From Syntrophales bacterium (GTDB lineage: Bacteria; Desulfobacterota; Syntrophia; Syntrophales; UBA4778): a stretch of 20,000 bases of DNA. The position numbers and the translations under genes were made by a program. The stretch covers positions 704,278-724,277 of the forward strand of contig CAXXQE010000006.1 of NCBI GenBank assembly GCA_963665615.2, read 5' to 3'. Below the pieces are notes generated by a model. The model saw only the letters and a list, made by a program, of their open reading frames with translations. It made no database searches and was not told the origin of the DNA. This document shows, one piece after another, positions 17,860-20,000 of this stretch (position 1 is the first letter of the stretch; every line of letters begins with the position of its first letter).

Positions 17860-18023
17860 AGCAACTCCTCTTTGTAAGGCGGCATTTGTCCTGTTCGACC
17901 GATTTGCTCTGGTCGCTTGCCGGAATTTCCCTGTTTCCGCCTTCAGGGCCTACATACCAAAACCGTCCGCAAACGGCAAGGGCCATCCACAGTTCCGAGG
18001 AGGCACAACGCGAAAGGTCACCC

Positions 18024-18067
18024 TAAAACGACGAAAGCCCCACAGCTTTTCCGGGGGCTTTCGTCGT
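18024..18067 (-). terminator. Intrinsic terminator of the small membrane protein gene
   Basis: 14-bp perfect stem ACGACGAAAGCCCC / GGGGCTTTCGTCGT followed by TTT on the minus strand. Confidence 0.8.
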
Positions 18068-18120
18068 GAAGTGCATCTGTCCAGCGCGAGTTGCGCTAGT
18101 GCGTATCTTTGAGGGGGCTC

Positions 18121-18396
18121 TTAACCGACCAGCCCGCGAATGGTCTCTACAACTGGAGTGGTAAATAGAGCGATCAGCACAGTATAGAGGGCAAAGGCGC
18201 CCATGGCTTCCGTCATATAGAGTTTGCTGAACCTGACGCGCAGAGAGACGATAATCAACCCGCCAATGATGAGGGCGCCAAAGTGGAAATACGGAAAGTT
18301 CCCGTTGCCCGTCGCAGTATATTCGGCGACCGCAAAGGTCGCTGTCAACAATGTCACAAACCCAGCCAGCCCCATGATGGTGAGTGTCTTCTTCAT
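18121..18396 (-). CDS. Small hypothetical membrane protein with signal peptide
   Basis: MKK-hydrophobic-AVA signal and two further hydrophobic helices. AAGGAGG RBS and its own terminator. Confidence 0.8.
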   Translation of the reverse strand: MKKTLTIMGLAGFVTLLTATFAVAEYTATGNGNFPYFHFGALIIGGLIIVSLRVRFSKLYMTEAMGAFALYTVLIALFTTPVVETIRGLVG

Positions 18397-18856
18397 AATC
18401 CCGAGAACCCTCCTTTTTATTGCCTAGGCACTGATTTTCATCCAGTGTCTTTTTTCCAATGAAAAATACATGCCAACATGAAACGGACGTCGCCCATTGC
18501 ATATAACAGGATGATATCAAAAGAATATTTTAAAGTGTGCGCTATCCCCATGTAATACGCAACTGTTCCATGAAGCCGTTTTCTGAACAAAACGTCTAAC
18601 GGGAATTGAACGAAGCATTGAATATTCAACGGAACGATTCTGGAAGATTTCCGATTTTTAAGAGGCGAGTTGAGATCGCAGCAGCTTACTACTCCCGGAG
18701 AATTCAAGACCGGCGCGATAAGTGCCGATGATAAAATAAAGACTTCAACAGAGTACTTCGCGAGGGAAAGGACCATGGCTGGGAAGATTATTTTGTTCCT
18801 ATTTATTTTCTTTGTTATTTTCATCTATGCCCATATCGTGACCATCTAGGCGTCAA

Positions 18857-19244
18857 CTATAACGGCGGCAACACGATCGTCTTATTTCGGACAGTCTGTT
18901 GCCGATATGCAAGACCTCATCGGCTTTCTCGATCAGGGTCTTTGAGGCGTTCCCGACTCCCATTGAACGTGCCCCATGCCGACCGTTATCTTCAGATGAT
19001 AGATCCTTTCACAAGCACGATCCCACTATATGGTTACGGCCCGAATTCGTTCTGCGAGAAGCTTTTCCACCTCCAATCAGGTTACCGGCAGCACGCAACA
19101 GATTGTCTCGCTCCCGTAACGGACCCCATCATCAATGTTTCCCACCATCGACGCTATCTCGCTTGCGACGGATTTCAAAACCTGATTTCAAGATTGATGA
19201 CCATGGGCATCATTGCCCCCTTTGAAGAGATCAACGTTGAACAT
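18857..19244 (-). pseudogene. Decayed GGDEF (diguanylate cyclase) domain
   Basis: Manual translation: MFNVDLFKGGNDAHGHQS*NQVLKSVASEI...DDGVRYGSETICCVLPVT*LEVEKLLAERIR...*...KITVGMG / LIEKADEVL / RNKTIV. Stops at 19188-19190, 19077-19079 and 19026-19028, plus frameshifts. Confidence 0.85.
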
Positions 19245-19453
19245 TTCCCTAGGCCAGACAATATTTGTCCGGCTGCCAATGATCACCCGTGTCGGAAAAG
19301 CCCTTGACAGGTGAGACAATCCTTCGATAAACCACAGGCGATTGGAAATTCCCCCTCCCAGCACGCGGGGAGAATACGCTTGCGACTGGATTCAGACGTC
19401 TTCCAGAAGTGCCCCGAAGAGGCCAACCCTTTTAGGAAGGGATAAAATCATTC

Positions 19454-20000
19454 ATGACTGTCCGACATATGTCCAACGATCTTCGTTATCCTGCCGCGCT
19501 GCCCATTACCGCAAGACGCGGGGAGATTGTGGCGTCCATTCGGCGCCACCAGGTCCTTATTGTTTCGGGACTGACGGGGTCGGGAAAATCGACTCAGATT
19601 CCCAAGATGTGCCTGGAGGCAGGGCGGGGACGACGAGGAATTATCGGTCAGACTCAACCGCGGCGTATCGCTGCCATGACGATTGCGCGACGCATTTCAG
19701 AAGAGTTGGGAGAAGCGATCGGCGCCACCGTGGGCTACAAGATCCGTTTCGAGAGAAAAAACAGGTAAAAATACTCTGATTCGGGTCATGACCGACGGTA
19801 TCCTTTTGACCGAGCTTCAACGAGACCCGCTCCTCAGGGCCTATGATACGATCATTATCGACGAAGCGCACGAGCGCAGCCTCAACATCGACTTTCTTCT
19901 CGGGATTCTCCGAACCCTCCTGAAACGTCGCCAGGACCTCAAACTGATCATCACATCGGCCACCCTGGATACGAAGAAATTCTCCGAGGCCTTTAGCCAT
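19454..20000 (+). CDS. hrpA: ATP-dependent RNA helicase HrpA, 5' part, frameshifted at ~19756-19761; runs off the window edge
   Basis: Frame 1: [28 protein letters not shown]. The next frame continues [16 protein letters not shown]...[18 protein letters not shown]...ITSATLD. Confidence 0.9.

Noticed and set aside
17860..18020. Possible structured leader or c-di-GMP riboswitch upstream of the ketosynthase
   Set aside because: Some pairing (AAGGCGG/CCGCCTT, CGACC/GGTCG) but no c-di-GMP-I consensus; compatible with chance.
18438..18824. 128-aa minus-strand ORF in the AT-rich region
   Set aside because: No recognisable domain or clear RBS; more likely intergenic regulatory DNA.
1..20000. CRISPR array, rRNA or intact transposase
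   Set aside because: No regularly spaced direct repeats, rRNA-like sequence or transposase motifs seen.

Overview
Mostly ordinary chromosome from a moderately GC-rich bacterium; gene content suggests a deltaproteobacterial anaerobe (inference). In order: a minus-strand xseA-xseB-ispA-dxs-tlyA-ispH operon, a deoxyhypusine-synthase-like gene, an AT-rich accessory patch, tRNA-Ala(CGC), pilT, a TPR protein, rpsT, a REC-REC-HD-GYP protein, a PpiC-type foldase, a DEAD-box helicase, an atypical ketosynthase, a small membrane protein, a decayed GGDEF gene and a frameshifted hrpA start. The main result is the AT-rich patch (~7260-8960), which the ORF track does not explain. It is a relic integron with an inverted integrase: a frameshifted C-terminal intI remnant in the same orientation as the cassettes, a candidate attI, and two cassettes bounded by attC sites with exactly complementary core boxes. 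One cassette encodes an unknown 2-TM/Cys-cluster protein and the other an Abi_C/HEPN-like abortive-infection protein. Other points of interest are a FabF-like enzyme with both catalytic His replaced by Asn, a terminator inside the helicase leader, and a perfect 24-bp-arm palindrome. All calls come from reading and motif recognition; no searches were run.
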